Assembly: GCA_028867755.1 (NCBI GenBank)
Contig: JAGWFT010000001.1
Location: 100,628 to 164,627, forward strand
Source of the DNA: Nitrososphaerota archaeon
Lineage (GTDB): Archaea; Thermoproteota; Nitrososphaeria; Nitrososphaerales; Nitrosopumilaceae
Direction: 5' to 3'
DNA: 64,000 nucleotides
Below the pieces are notes generated by a model. That model had not been told where the DNA came from, did no database searches, and worked only from the letters and a program-made list of their open reading frames with translations. Position numbers and translations under genes: made by a program. Positions 48,888-58,621 of this stretch are shown in pieces. The stretch's first letter is position 1. Every line of letters starts with the position of its first letter.

Positions 48888-49267
48888 TTAAGTCTTACTG
48901 GGCTCTAAAACTATTCTATCACTTGACAGCGAAAGTATTGTTCCGCCATTTTCTTTTATCTTCTTTTTGAGTTCGATATCAACTGTAGCTACAATGCCAC
49001 CATGTTTTTTTACATGTAATACCAACGCATCATCTACAGATGCCCCAGAAATTTTTATCGTTCCAAGATCGTCTATGATTTTTAGTGCATCAAGTGCAGA
49101 ACTTTTTTTTTACCATTTGTTTTTGATAGCCTTTTCAATTCTCCTACTACAAGGTCTGGCACAACAAGCTCCAAATCCCCTATCTCTGTTTCCAAGCTTG
49201 AAATATTTTTTATTTTTTTTGAGGCAAGAATCATTAGAAAACTAGTATCGCAGATTACTCTAACCAC
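48888..49267 (-). pseudogene. PIN-domain nuclease (Fcf1/Utp24-like), split by a frameshift in an A9 run
   Basis: N-part VICDTSFL...VVGELKRL; one extra base at 49103-49111 continues as ...SVDDAL...VATVDIELKKKIKENGG...; 380 nt = 127 codons minus 1 base; overlaps the aIF2-gamma stop. Confidence 0.8.
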
Positions 49268-50525
49268 TTGCTACACCTGCTCCTATCAATCTCCATCTCT
49301 CCCCTATTCTTCTGCTTATTGCAACCTTGCTATTATCAAAGAGGCACACAGGTCTTTTGAACTGCACTTCTACTATCTTGCCCCTTGCACTAGTTACTTT
49401 GGAAAGTAAGGGGGCTGTTCCTATGCTCAGCCTAAGGGACTCACCGGTTTGAATCGATGAAACTTTGATCTCATCGCCAGAGCCCACTGCAGTATCAAAG
49501 AGATTTACCTCAATTTTTGCATTGTATGAATTGTCAGGCAAAGTTCCAGGCTTGCCTATGATAGAGCCTATCAACGAGTCGCTTCTTGTCATGGATGGAT
49601 CAAGTTTTGTTCCTATTGCAACAAGACCACCAGGTTTTACTTGCTGGACAATACCTGCTCCTGTACCAAGCGAAGAAATTTGTGTTACGATGGACTCGTA
49701 TTTTCCTGACTTTTCATTTGTCAGTCCGGGCTTTATCTCGATCTCGTCTCCCACATTGAACGTGCCATGAGTGAGGCTTCCCCCTATTACTCCCCCCTTC
49801 ATGTCTTTTATCTTTGCACCGGGTTTGTTTACATCAAATGATCTTAGAACATGCATTACTGTTCTTCCAGTCTCTTCTCGCTCTGGAGTTGGGATTGTAA
49901 ATTCTATTGCACCTATCAATGCATCAATATTTAGTTTAGATTGAGCAGAGACCGGAATGATTGGAGACTTGGCTGCATTTGTCCCCTTGACAAATTTTAC
50001 TATATCAGAATAATTTTCCATGGCTTCCTCATATGATATTAAATCCACCTTGTTTTGTACCAAGACTATTTGCTTTATTCCAAGTGTTTGCAAGGCAAGC
50101 AGGTGTTCTTTTGTCTGCGGCTGCGGTACCTTTTCATTTGCTGCAACCACAAGCATCGCACCATCTATGAGGGCAGACCCAGAGAGCATGTTTGCCATTA
50201 GGCTTTCGTGTCCTGGACTGTCAACAAAACTTACAACACGGGACAGTTCACTTTCCTTGCCACAGTTGTTGCATTTTGGAGTGACTGAATATCCTAATGG
50301 GATTTCACAGTTTTTGCACTTGTAGAATGCTGCATCTGCATATCCGACACGGATTGTAATTCCTCGTTTGAGTTCCTCGCTGTGTGCACTAGTCCAAACA
50401 CCTGTCAATGCCTGTATCAGAGTTGTCTTTCCATGATCTACATGGCCTGATGTGCCAATGTTTACACAAGGTTGATGGCCATATTTTTTTACATACCAAT
50501 CAGGAAGAGTCTCTTTCCAATGCAC
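49260..50525 (-). CDS. eif2g: Translation initiation factor 2 subunit gamma
   Basis: GHVDHGKT, RGITIRVGY, Zn knuckle, DSPGHE, QNKVD, RWRLIG. Confidence 0.97.
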   Translation of the reverse strand: MHWKETLPDWYVKKYGHQPCVNIGTSGHVDHGKTTLIQALTGVWTSAHSEELKRGITIRVGYADAAFYKCKNCEIPLGYSVTPKCNNCGKESELSRVVSFVDSPGHESLMANMLSGSALIDGAMLVVAANEKVPQPQTKEHLLALQTLGIKQIVLVQNKVDLISYEEAMENYSDIVKFVKGTNAAKSPIIPVSAQSKLNIDALIGAIEFTIPTPEREETGRTVMHVLRSFDVNKPGAKIKDMKGGVIGGSLTHGTFNVGDEIEIKPGLTNEKSGKYESIVTQISSLGTGAGIVQQVKPGGLVAIGTKLDPSMTRSDSLIGSIIGKPGTLPDNSYNAKIEVNLFDTAVGSGDEIKVSSIQTGESLRLSIGTAPLLSKVTSARGKIVEVQFKRPVCLFDNSKVAISRRIGERWRLIGAGVASG

Positions 50526-50555
50526 AATGAAGCTAAAAAATGCGCCTATGTTAAG

Positions 50556-50966
50556 TTATGCCTTTTTTGGTTTCTCAGTTTCTTTTTTGTCCGCTTGCTC
50601 GTCTTTTGGTTTTTCTTCTATCTTAAGCTCGCCGTCAAGAAAACAGTTTATCTGATATACCTCTTCAGTTATTGTATTTCCTCGTATTAGTTTACGTACA
50701 CGCAATCCGTCTTCTGCATCTCGCAGGCCAACTCCTTGCGACAAAAGTATGTACTTGCGTGCCCCACCGTGAATGTCAGGGCGCAGAGGAACTCCGGATT
50801 TGTCACTGCCTCCAGTGATCTTTAGTTTTCCTGCCTCGCCTACCAATGCTCCATCAAGCTCAGAGCCTACCTGCAGTCCCAAGAATGGACTTGCGTCTCT
50901 TTCCTTAACCTCTTTTGAGATTGTTTTTCCTTTCTTGTCTGATATGTTTAGCTTGAATGTAGCCAA
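50556..50966 (-). CDS. rps6e: 30S ribosomal protein S6e
   Basis: LKITGGSDKSGVPLRPD, RVRKLIRGNTI...YQIN. Confidence 0.95.
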   Translation of the reverse strand: MATFKLNISDKKGKTISKEVKERDASPFLGLQVGSELDGALVGEAGKLKITGGSDKSGVPLRPDIHGGARKYILLSQGVGLRDAEDGLRVRKLIRGNTITEEVYQINCFLDGELKIEEKPKDEQADKKETEKPKKA

Positions 50967-51042
50967 GTAGTGAAAAAAGTTTTTCTACTATTAATTAATC
51001 TTTGTTCCCAAATCTTTTAAAATTTGCAGCTCCCTTCTAGGA

Positions 51043-51168
51043 TTGTTGAGCAAGCAGATCAAGTGCCCAAGATGTGAGAAGATAATGATATCAATGCAAG
51101 CATGTCACATGATATGCACAAATTGCGGTGCACATCTTGATTGTTCTGACAAGGGCTCGTTCTGGTAG
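51043..51168 (+). CDS. Small Cys-rich zinc-finger microprotein (41 aa, absent from ORF track)
   Basis: Manual translation (M)LSKQIKCPRCEKIMISMQACHMICTNCGAHLDCSDKGSFW. Confidence 0.65.
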   Translation: MLSKQIKCPRCEKIMISMQACHMICTNCGAHLDCSDKGSFW

Positions 51169-51345
51169 CTAAAACCCACCAGGTTTGTCAAACTGAAAGT
51201 TGTCTACCATCGCTCCAACTCTTTGCTTCATAAGATTTAGGTAGTCTTCATATTTTGCCTCAAAGCCGCAATGAGGGCACTTGACATGGGTTACATCATC
51301 GTCAAGAATTGCAACCTTGTCACATTCTGCGCATTTTGCATCCAC
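51169..51345 (-). CDS. Small zinc-ribbon protein (58 aa, absent from ORF track)
   Basis: Manual translation MDAKCAECDKVAILDDDVTHVKCPHCGFEAKYEDYLNLMKQRVGAMVDNFQFDKPGGF (GTG start). Confidence 0.65.
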   Translation of the reverse strand: MDAKCAECDKVAILDDDVTHVKCPHCGFEAKYEDYLNLMKQRVGAMVDNFQFDKPGGF

Positions 51346-51366
51346 AAGATTAGTTTGTGGTTAAAC

Positions 51367-51373
51367 TATATAA
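51367..51373 (+). promoter_or_regulatory. TATA box of tRNA-Gly
   Basis: TATATAA 25-31 nt upstream of the tRNA 5' end. Confidence 0.55.
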
Positions 51374-51397
51374 TGTTAGGGACCAGAATTTTACCAA

Positions 51398-51471
51398 GCG
51401 GAGTTAGTCTAGACCGGCATGACGTCAGCTTCCCAAGCTGAAGGCCGCGGGTTCAAATCCCGCACTCCGCA
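51398..51471 (+). tRNA. tRNA-Gly(CCC)
   Basis: Acceptor stem GCGGAGT/ACTCCGC, anticodon arm TCAGC-TTCCCAA-GCTGA, T-loop GTTCAAATC. Confidence 0.95.
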
Positions 51472-51489
51472 TCTAACAAACATAAAAAT

Positions 51490-51897
51490 TTATTTTTGTA
51501 AAATATTTTCAGTTTCATCTAGTTCAGCATTGCTTGGCTTGGGTCTTTTTGTAAACATGCTGTGAACTGGTCCTGCACCGTCTTCTTGTTTTCGTGGAAT
51601 TATGTGCACGTGAACATGCGGTACTTCTTGACCGCTTTCTTTTCCGTTATGCACTGCAACAAGTGATGATGGCGCCAAGCGCTCAATTTTTCCTGTCAAG
51701 ACCCTTACAGTTTCAAAGAGATCAGCGTTGTCTAATTGCGACATCTCTTGGATTTTGGAATAATGAGTCTTTGGCACTACAAGTGTGTGACCTCTTACCA
51801 ATGGAAATGCATCAAGAAATGCAAGCGACTTTGAAGTCTCGTGTATCTTTCTTGCAGGAATCTTTCCAGATATGATACTGCAGAAAATGCAATCCAT
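51490..51897 (-). CDS. HIT family nucleotide hydrolase
   Basis: CIFC, GHTLVVPK, QEVPHVHVHIIPR. Confidence 0.93.
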   Translation of the reverse strand: MDCIFCSIISGKIPARKIHETSKSLAFLDAFPLVRGHTLVVPKTHYSKIQEMSQLDNADLFETVRVLTGKIERLAPSSLVAVHNGKESGQEVPHVHVHIIPRKQEDGAGPVHSMFTKRPKPSNAELDETENILQK

Positions 51898-51939
51898 TTA
51901 CATCATGGTTCCCAGAAGGCCGTTAAATCTTTTTAGAGG

Positions 51940-52887
51940 TTAGTTCAATTCTGCTATAGCTTGGGTAATTGATACATAGTCCTGAGCATCTGGCATCTGT
52001 TCTAGATATTTCTTGAGATCTTCCTTGGCCTCTGCAGTTTTATTTTGTTCCAGTCTTACAATGCCGCGGTTCTTGTAGATCGGCACAAAGCGATATGGAT
52101 TTATCTTTATTGCATTAGTATAGTTTGCTTCTGCATTAACATAGTCTCTTGTCTTCAGATAATAATTGCCCAGTCCTCTATATGCAAGATAGCACGTATC
52201 ATTTAGCTTGATGCTTTTCTTGTAGTAAGACACTGCTTCCTGAGAGTTGAGATCATTTAGTATTCCAGCATATAGACACGAGGCAGTAGAGTTGGATTGG
52301 TTTAGCTCAAGTGCTTTTTTTAACAATTGTACAGATTCATCAGTCTTTTTCTGTAGTCGCAGCTTTTCTGCATCAAAGCACAGCCTATTTGATTTTGTCT
52401 TGCTATCATTTGCAATCTTTGCCTCTGACATAATATCAGAAGGAGCAAGCAAGAGCACTAGCCTGTCATCTTCTTTCCACTGCGCATCAAATTTTTTGTC
52501 AGGGATTGCACCTATCTTATCAGGTTCAGGGATATAGTGAAAAATTGTCTTTTCTGCCTCGTCATATCCAATAACTAGAGATGCATGCTGCACAACATCT
52601 TTGATTCCAGGCAAAATAACAATTGGTGGGATTCCCATGTCAATGAATCTCTTGAGTTCTTTTAGCGAAGAGTTTAAAATTACACTTGCAAGCCCATGCC
52701 TTTCTGCAAGTTCAACGCCCTCAATGAGTATTGTTCCTTTTACTCCAGGATATTTTTTTGCGATCTCTTTTGCCTCTGCCAATGGAAGATCCACCCCCCA
52801 ATACTTTGACACTGCGCTGATAACAAGGGGTAAGCAAATGTTTTCTTCTTTAACTATTGGCACATCAAGCGAGTGGCCAGACTCCAT
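51940..52887 (-). CDS. Peptidase C39-like domain plus TPR repeats
   Basis: ENICLPL (Cys) and HASLVIGYD (His/Asp); C-terminal TPRs (AYRGLG, YKNRG). Confidence 0.75.
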   Translation of the reverse strand: MESGHSLDVPIVKEENICLPLVISAVSKYWGVDLPLAEAKEIAKKYPGVKGTILIEGVELAERHGLASVILNSSLKELKRFIDMGIPPIVILPGIKDVVQHASLVIGYDEAEKTIFHYIPEPDKIGAIPDKKFDAQWKEDDRLVLLLAPSDIMSEAKIANDSKTKSNRLCFDAEKLRLQKKTDESVQLLKKALELNQSNSTASCLYAGILNDLNSQEAVSYYKKSIKLNDTCYLAYRGLGNYYLKTRDYVNAEANYTNAIKINPYRFVPIYKNRGIVRLEQNKTAEAKEDLKKYLEQMPDAQDYVSITQAIAELN

Positions 52888-52918
52888 AAAGTAAAACCTT
52901 GCATGAGCGTTATTAATT

Positions 52919-53464
52919 CTATTTAATGGATGTGAAATTTTTCAACAGGTTCTTTCCGTCATTACTCATCTCTGGGTGAAACTGGGTTCCAAAAATGTTT
53001 TGATTCCCATACTGAAAGATCTCAAACTTGCACTGGTCAGAGCTTGCTATCTTGTTAAAGTGAGGATCTAGTGTGGCCACCTTGTACGAATGGCTCTCAA
53101 ATGCATTCATGATACCGCTGCACAAGGGATTTTTCTCTGTTACATTGATTTTGTGAATGCCATAACGTGACTGGGTCATTTTTTTTATTGTGCCTCCCAA
53201 TGTGATTGCAAGAATTTCTGCACCATAACATATTCCAAGAAGCGGTTTTTTTGTGCCAAGAGCCTGTCTTATCAATTTAGAATTGATGGCATTCATCATG
53301 GAATCGTTTTTTCTTCTTCCCGATAAAATGATAGAAAGCGAGTTTGTAATGTCTGATTCGACTATCTTGTCAAATGAGAGATGCTTGTATTCTACTTTTA
53401 TCTCCTTGAGGCAATCTATGATTGAGTTCGTGTAGACAGAGCCATTGTCTACAACCAGTAGCAA
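52919..53464 (-). CDS. Class I glutamine amidotransferase (stand-alone)
   Basis: VVDNGS, GICYG, ESH, QFHPE. Confidence 0.88.
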   Translation of the reverse strand: MLLVVDNGSVYTNSIIDCLKEIKVEYKHLSFDKIVESDITNSLSIILSGRRKNDSMMNAINSKLIRQALGTKKPLLGICYGAEILAITLGGTIKKMTQSRYGIHKINVTEKNPLCSGIMNAFESHSYKVATLDPHFNKIASSDQCKFEIFQYGNQNIFGTQFHPEMSNDGKNLLKNFTSIK

Positions 53465-56311
53465 CTATCCTACCTCTATTGAGATATAGTGCAGTTCTGG
53501 CACGTTGTTGACAACAATAATGGTTCCTAGGTTTAGTGTGTTATTTTCTTGCCACAGGATTATTCTGTTGCTGCTAGGTTGCACAAAGTCCTTGACAAAT
53601 CCTGAGATCAGTGTCTTTGCGTTATCAAGATCAGATGGTTGCTGGAACAAGACACTGCCCTCTTCAAATGTAAGTGGTAGTTGTATAGTAGTTGGAGTTA
53701 CTATGGTTATCTTGTCATCTTGTAGTATTGACTTGATAGCAGATACTCTTGAAGTTGCATCTAGTGTTAGTGTGGCAGTAACATTAGATGGAGCAACACC
53801 GCTAAGCTTTGCAAGATATGCCGCAAATGCCTGTTGCGGCGTGTTTCCTAGTCCTACAAAGTATTCTCCATCAAATGCAGCACCAACAGCTGCAATTGTT
53901 CCAAGTTGAGTTACAACTCCTCCAGAACCTGCAGTATATACAGGGATAAAGTAGACGTCCTGGGCTCCCACCCTGTACAATATATTATCACCAAGTCTTG
54001 GATTTTGTAGTAGTGTCCTAAGCTGCCTGAAATCCGAGTCCTTGTCAAGTGCCTCACTTACCGAAGACGGTCCAAGAAGTTTTGTCTTGGAGTCAAGGGG
54101 AACTTCATAGAACTGCATCTTTCCAAGGTTTGGCACGTCATTTTGTACTGTCATAAATCCCGCCAAGTTTCTGCCTGCAGATCCTCTAAGTTCTAGCGAC
54201 AATAATCCAATATAGGTTGGCTTGTCAAATCCTAACGGTTTTGCTTCCACATAATATGTTCCAACACCATCTGGCACCTCGTAAAAGTCATTTGCCTGGA
54301 TGAATGTAGATGTGTCTGTAACATGGTAAATGTCAAACATATCTACTTTCCAGTCAAATAGTTCTTCTGGATACCTGAGTTGTTTGTTGAGCCATTGCGG
54401 ACTGTCTATGAATTTGTCCTTGTATTGACTATAGAACATGTTTGTAAAAAAGTCATTATCTCCTGTTTTGATTAATGTCACGTTTCCATTGTAAACATCG
54501 ATTAGCGCATAACCAACCAATCTCAAATAGGGATTGCTAACAGACCACGGTACATTGTTTGTGTCAAATCCTATTATCAATGGCATTAGCCAGTAACTCT
54601 TGTTTCCGTCAGTGACAGGAAGCGAGCTTACCTGTTTTCCAAATAGATCGTATTGGAAGTATGGGTATAGTAATTGCATTCTGTCATGAATGTCTCTGTA
54701 TCTCATCATGTGAATTGGCTGTGTTGGATAAGACAAGAAAAAGTTTGGTTCAAAGAGTTGGCTTGCTGGTGGAGCTACATCAAGTCCTCCAGACCCTGCA
54801 TAAGATGCATTGTTTAGTTCAGCAGTAGTGGTCCTTCCCACTGGATATGCAGCCCAAGTATCAGAAAACAGGCCTCCTTCTCCATAATAGATTACTCTTT
54901 GCTTGAAGATCTGGCTACTATCAACTATGGTTCCGTTATGGGCATCAATTGTAAGAAATCCATTGTCAACATGTGTGTATACAAAGTGCTGGTTGTACCA
55001 CATGTTTTCTACACTGACCGATGATGGAAGAATTGGCTTCATCGATGCGGTCCAGTATAGTGTATCATTGAATCTTAGGATATCATTGTCTTCAAAGTCA
55101 ACATATGGTATGAGTCCTATTTCCGGCTTTAACTTTGCAAAGGCAGCATCCCAGTCCCATACCCTAACTTTGTTTAACACATCATTGTTGGAAGCAACAT
55201 AATCTGATATCTGGTCAGGAGGAACAGGTGAGAGTTTTACATTATGAGGTGTGACAGATATCTGGTCTAGCTGCCCCAAGTATCTGTTTACTCCAATCTG
55301 TTGCGCCTTGTATGGTCCAAGATATTCTATCTTTCTTGCGTCAGCTATGCTGTTGTTGACAACCATTATTGAGCCTGCTATTATCGCTATTATGACTAGG
55401 ACCATTATGCGTATGTAGATATCACGTTTTGACGGATGAATGATTACTCTGGCTTTGAATTTATCAATGAAATAAAATGCAATGAGTGCAAAGCCTGCCG
55501 CAAAGGTTCCTGCAATCTGGTATCTTGTGTTATAGTCTATTTGGTTTGTGAAAAACATGTTTACTGCGGCCCAGATTATTCCTATTCCGATTATTCCTTC
55601 AACTGTCGATATATAATCAAGAAACTTTGGCTTGCCTTTTGATGCATCTTGAATGTAACTTACAGCTACTCTTACAATATTATGAAGCCCTACGTATAGG
55701 ACAAGTCTTAGGCCAATAGCAGCTAACAATGGCGGCACAAAAATTGTTAATGCAGGAATCATTGGTACCACTTGGTTTACTGCATAGACAGGATCAGATG
55801 GCGGAGTGTTAAAGGGAAGAGAGAAGATATTCCAAATGTTTTGGACGCCTAGATCGTTTCCTTGTAAAAGATAAACTACTGCAAAGCCAAAAATGAGATT
55901 TGTAAAAAATGCTCCAAAGAGCAAGACCTTTGTTATCTGCCAAATTACAAAGTTTGGGATGTTCAGTTTGTATTCCTTAAAACCAGGAACACTTTCTGCC
56001 CCAACATAATTTCCCCTTTTAAGAAATGTCAGTACAACATTAAGCGAATACCAAGAGATTGAAGATCGATTCTTGATATTTACTCTAATCAGACCTATTG
56101 ATGATAGAACAAGTGCTGATACAAGTGAAAAATACAGAGGTTTTGTAAAGAGTGTACCAAATTCTTGGAAATTCATGTATAAAACGACAGCTTGGTTGCT
56201 GCCCATCACAAAAATTACAATTGCAATTATGGCTACAATTCCTATCCTGATGTACTTGCTAGCATCACGCGGAGGTGGGTTGGATTGAGTCGATGAACTA
56301 TACAAAATCAC
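53465..56311 (-). CDS. UPF0182 family membrane protein
   Basis: N-terminal TM bundle; VRVWD, HFVYTH, IYYGE, DVYNGNV, LRYPEELF motifs. Confidence 0.8.
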   Translation of the reverse strand: MILYSSSTQSNPPPRDASKYIRIGIVAIIAIVIFVMGSNQAVVLYMNFQEFGTLFTKPLYFSLVSALVLSSIGLIRVNIKNRSSISWYSLNVVLTFLKRGNYVGAESVPGFKEYKLNIPNFVIWQITKVLLFGAFFTNLIFGFAVVYLLQGNDLGVQNIWNIFSLPFNTPPSDPVYAVNQVVPMIPALTIFVPPLLAAIGLRLVLYVGLHNIVRVAVSYIQDASKGKPKFLDYISTVEGIIGIGIIWAAVNMFFTNQIDYNTRYQIAGTFAAGFALIAFYFIDKFKARVIIHPSKRDIYIRIMVLVIIAIIAGSIMVVNNSIADARKIEYLGPYKAQQIGVNRYLGQLDQISVTPHNVKLSPVPPDQISDYVASNNDVLNKVRVWDWDAAFAKLKPEIGLIPYVDFEDNDILRFNDTLYWTASMKPILPSSVSVENMWYNQHFVYTHVDNGFLTIDAHNGTIVDSSQIFKQRVIYYGEGGLFSDTWAAYPVGRTTTAELNNASYAGSGGLDVAPPASQLFEPNFFLSYPTQPIHMMRYRDIHDRMQLLYPYFQYDLFGKQVSSLPVTDGNKSYWLMPLIIGFDTNNVPWSVSNPYLRLVGYALIDVYNGNVTLIKTGDNDFFTNMFYSQYKDKFIDSPQWLNKQLRYPEELFDWKVDMFDIYHVTDTSTFIQANDFYEVPDGVGTYYVEAKPLGFDKPTYIGLLSLELRGSAGRNLAGFMTVQNDVPNLGKMQFYEVPLDSKTKLLGPSSVSEALDKDSDFRQLRTLLQNPRLGDNILYRVGAQDVYFIPVYTAGSGGVVTQLGTIAAVGAAFDGEYFVGLGNTPQQAFAAYLAKLSGVAPSNVTATLTLDATSRVSAIKSILQDDKITIVTPTTIQLPLTFEEGSVLFQQPSDLDNAKTLISGFVKDFVQPSSNRIILWQENNTLNLGTIIVVNNVPELHYISIEVG

Positions 56312-56393
56312 TTTACCTCCCTGTGTATCAAATTAATGTCTTACCTACATCGTTTCTTGACAACTATTAATATAAGTCAAGGCACGGTTTTTC

Positions 56394-57518
56394 TCAGACT
56401 ATACTAGCTAGTCCTTTGCATATCATGTAGACAGCTGCGTATTTTGGTACAGATATTCTCTCATTTGCGTATGGACCGTATTTCTTGTTCTTCAGTCTGA
56501 TTTGGACAGGACAGTTTGCAATAATGTCTGCTTTTTCCTCCCCAAGCAAACATGCGTCCAAAAAGGGATCAAAGTCATCTAGGTTTTTGCACGGTACCTT
56601 TGACAGACCGCTCTTGCTGTTTACAGAACCTTCAAGCCGGAAAATTCTATGTATATCCATTGTTACCTTGGGGTCTACTTTGATTCCTATTGTTTGACGT
56701 ATCTCATCGAGTTTTACTTGGAATGCCAGATATCCATCTGACACAATTTGCTTTGCAGCTTTGGGGGCTCTAGTTTTTGATCCAAACAGGCTAGTTGCTA
56801 CTCTGCCACGCCATCCTGATTCTCCAATTTCTGGAAGTGTTGACTTGAAGTTATTCTGCTTTCTTATTCCAAAAGTTTCTGGCATGATTCCATTGAACAT
56901 GATATAGTCCACTAGATCGGCTCTTTCTTGAGAACCCACCATTTCATAATTACTGTTTATGACTCGAATGTGAAAACCTTCGTTCCCTGAAAAATATACC
57001 TCAACCTCCTCATTTTTTATGCCAAGATCTTCATCAAGTATTTGCACTAGTTTTTTAGCTTCCTTTTTAGATTCGTCAATACAGTTCTTGCAAGCAACTG
57101 ATACAACTTCAAACTTGGTTGACCCACACTTGGGGCAGGCTGAATGTTTTCCTAGTATGGCGTCATGGCATGAGCCACACTTGAAGATGGCGTGATCATT
57201 TCTACATGATAGTGTCAGGTCCTTTGCATCTATGTCAAAGATAAGATCTGCCCCCTTCCAGTCCTTTTCTGACATTGGCATGCTTGGAAAAGAATAGTAT
57301 GCATTGGAACAATAGACATCTGATGGAATCTCCTTCATCAAGAGAAGATGTAGTTCCTTGTTGTCTTTTATTGCAATGTGTCTTATCATGCCACCGTTAA
57401 TTTTTTGATATCCAAATTCTCTTTGAGTAGGTTTTGGCGGAACACTAACAAGATCAAAGTGGTTAAAGTAGTATTCCTTGATTGCATTTTCTACTAGGCC
57501 TATGTCTTTTTCAAGCAT
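56394..57518 (-). CDS. priS: DNA primase small (catalytic) subunit
   Basis: LIFDIDA, FSGNEGFH, VTMDIHRIFRLEGSVNSKSG; Cys-rich insertion. Confidence 0.92.
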   Translation of the reverse strand: MLEKDIGLVENAIKEYYFNHFDLVSVPPKPTQREFGYQKINGGMIRHIAIKDNKELHLLLMKEIPSDVYCSNAYYSFPSMPMSEKDWKGADLIFDIDAKDLTLSCRNDHAIFKCGSCHDAILGKHSACPKCGSTKFEVVSVACKNCIDESKKEAKKLVQILDEDLGIKNEEVEVYFSGNEGFHIRVINSNYEMVGSQERADLVDYIMFNGIMPETFGIRKQNNFKSTLPEIGESGWRGRVATSLFGSKTRAPKAAKQIVSDGYLAFQVKLDEIRQTIGIKVDPKVTMDIHRIFRLEGSVNSKSGLSKVPCKNLDDFDPFLDACLLGEEKADIIANCPVQIRLKNKKYGPYANERISVPKYAAVYMICKGLASIV

Positions 57519-58528
57519 TAGTTCTTCCTCTTTTTACCAAATTGAATTGGATTTATGATGCCAGAACAATCAGGAATTGCAAAACACAAGTTCTCGCTTC
57601 GCAGTTTATCACACGAGGGGCATTGATATTTTGTGCCCTTGCCTGAAGAACCAGATATATGTTCTAGTTGGTATCGGGTTACGCGCTCATTGTAATCTGG
57701 TGCATTTTTGAAGAGCGGAGCTATTTGATCAGTTGTCTGACCCCTTGCAAGTAGATACGTAGCAAGCAAGAATCTTCCCGAATGCGGTAAATTCTCCCCT
57801 TTTTCCAATACCTCAATTGCATGCTTTACACATGGGGGATGGTCAGAAGATACTACAATTGCGTCTGAAAACTTTGTTGCCAGCTGAACCAAGTCCTGCA
57901 CACGGGACTTGAAGGTCTCTGGGATTGATGGTAATGCTATTGATTGGATTTTAGAGTTGATGTATTGGCCAAGTTCTGTGCGTATGAGTCTCACAGTTTC
58001 ATGTGCTGTCAGATAGACAAGTCCACCTGTTACTCTGCGATTAACCAGCTTCCATTCCTTTTCGTGAAAATGAACTGCCCTTTGCAAATAATCACTAACC
58101 TTTATCACAAATTCTTCATTTTCTACAGTGACTTGAACTCTAAACAACTCTTGAATTATTTTCAATGGGAGTTCAAGGTTCTTCTTGTCCTTGTTTGACC
58201 AGAGATCCTGTTGCAAGTATCTCTCTGCTCTTCTTGCTTCTGCAAGAGAGAATCTTCTTGTCAGGGTGTTAATTCCTGCAGCTTTTAACAATATGACTGC
58301 AACGATAAAAGAAAGTATTTCAATATCTGGATTTTCAATTGGGCCCTTATCTGAACCATAGATTTGCCCTGATGTTGCAACTACAATTCTTCCATACGCC
58401 TTTTCTACCAATGGCGCCCAGTCTGGATGAGCGAGTTGCTCAAGGTTAAATCCCTTATCACGTAGATATTCTCCTGCCTCTGCAAGGAATGGATACTTGG
58501 CAAGATCCATTATACCTGGATGTAACAC
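57518..58528 (-). CDS. priL: DNA primase large subunit
   Basis: DLAKYPFL, PPCV, NLPHSGR, TRYQLEHI, CPSC; GTG at 58528 (or ATG at 58510) chosen because the ORF-track extension overlaps nfo. Confidence 0.88.
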   Translation of the reverse strand: MLHPGIMDLAKYPFLAEAGEYLRDKGFNLEQLAHPDWAPLVEKAYGRIVVATSGQIYGSDKGPIENPDIEILSFIVAVILLKAAGINTLTRRFSLAEARRAERYLQQDLWSNKDKKNLELPLKIIQELFRVQVTVENEEFVIKVSDYLQRAVHFHEKEWKLVNRRVTGGLVYLTAHETVRLIRTELGQYINSKIQSIALPSIPETFKSRVQDLVQLATKFSDAIVVSSDHPPCVKHAIEVLEKGENLPHSGRFLLATYLLARGQTTDQIAPLFKNAPDYNERVTRYQLEHISGSSGKGTKYQCPSCDKLRSENLCFAIPDCSGIINPIQFGKKRKN

Positions 58529-58621
58529 ATCTATCTTCGTTTTGCACGACTTAAAAATTTGATTGTGTTTTGATTCAGTTACAGAACTCGAGTTTAAATT
58601 ATCCCCAAATAAATCACTGAC

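Noticed and set aside
56394-57518. Cys-rich insertion in PriS as a novelty
   Set aside because: Zinc-binding insertions are an expected feature of archaeal PriS.
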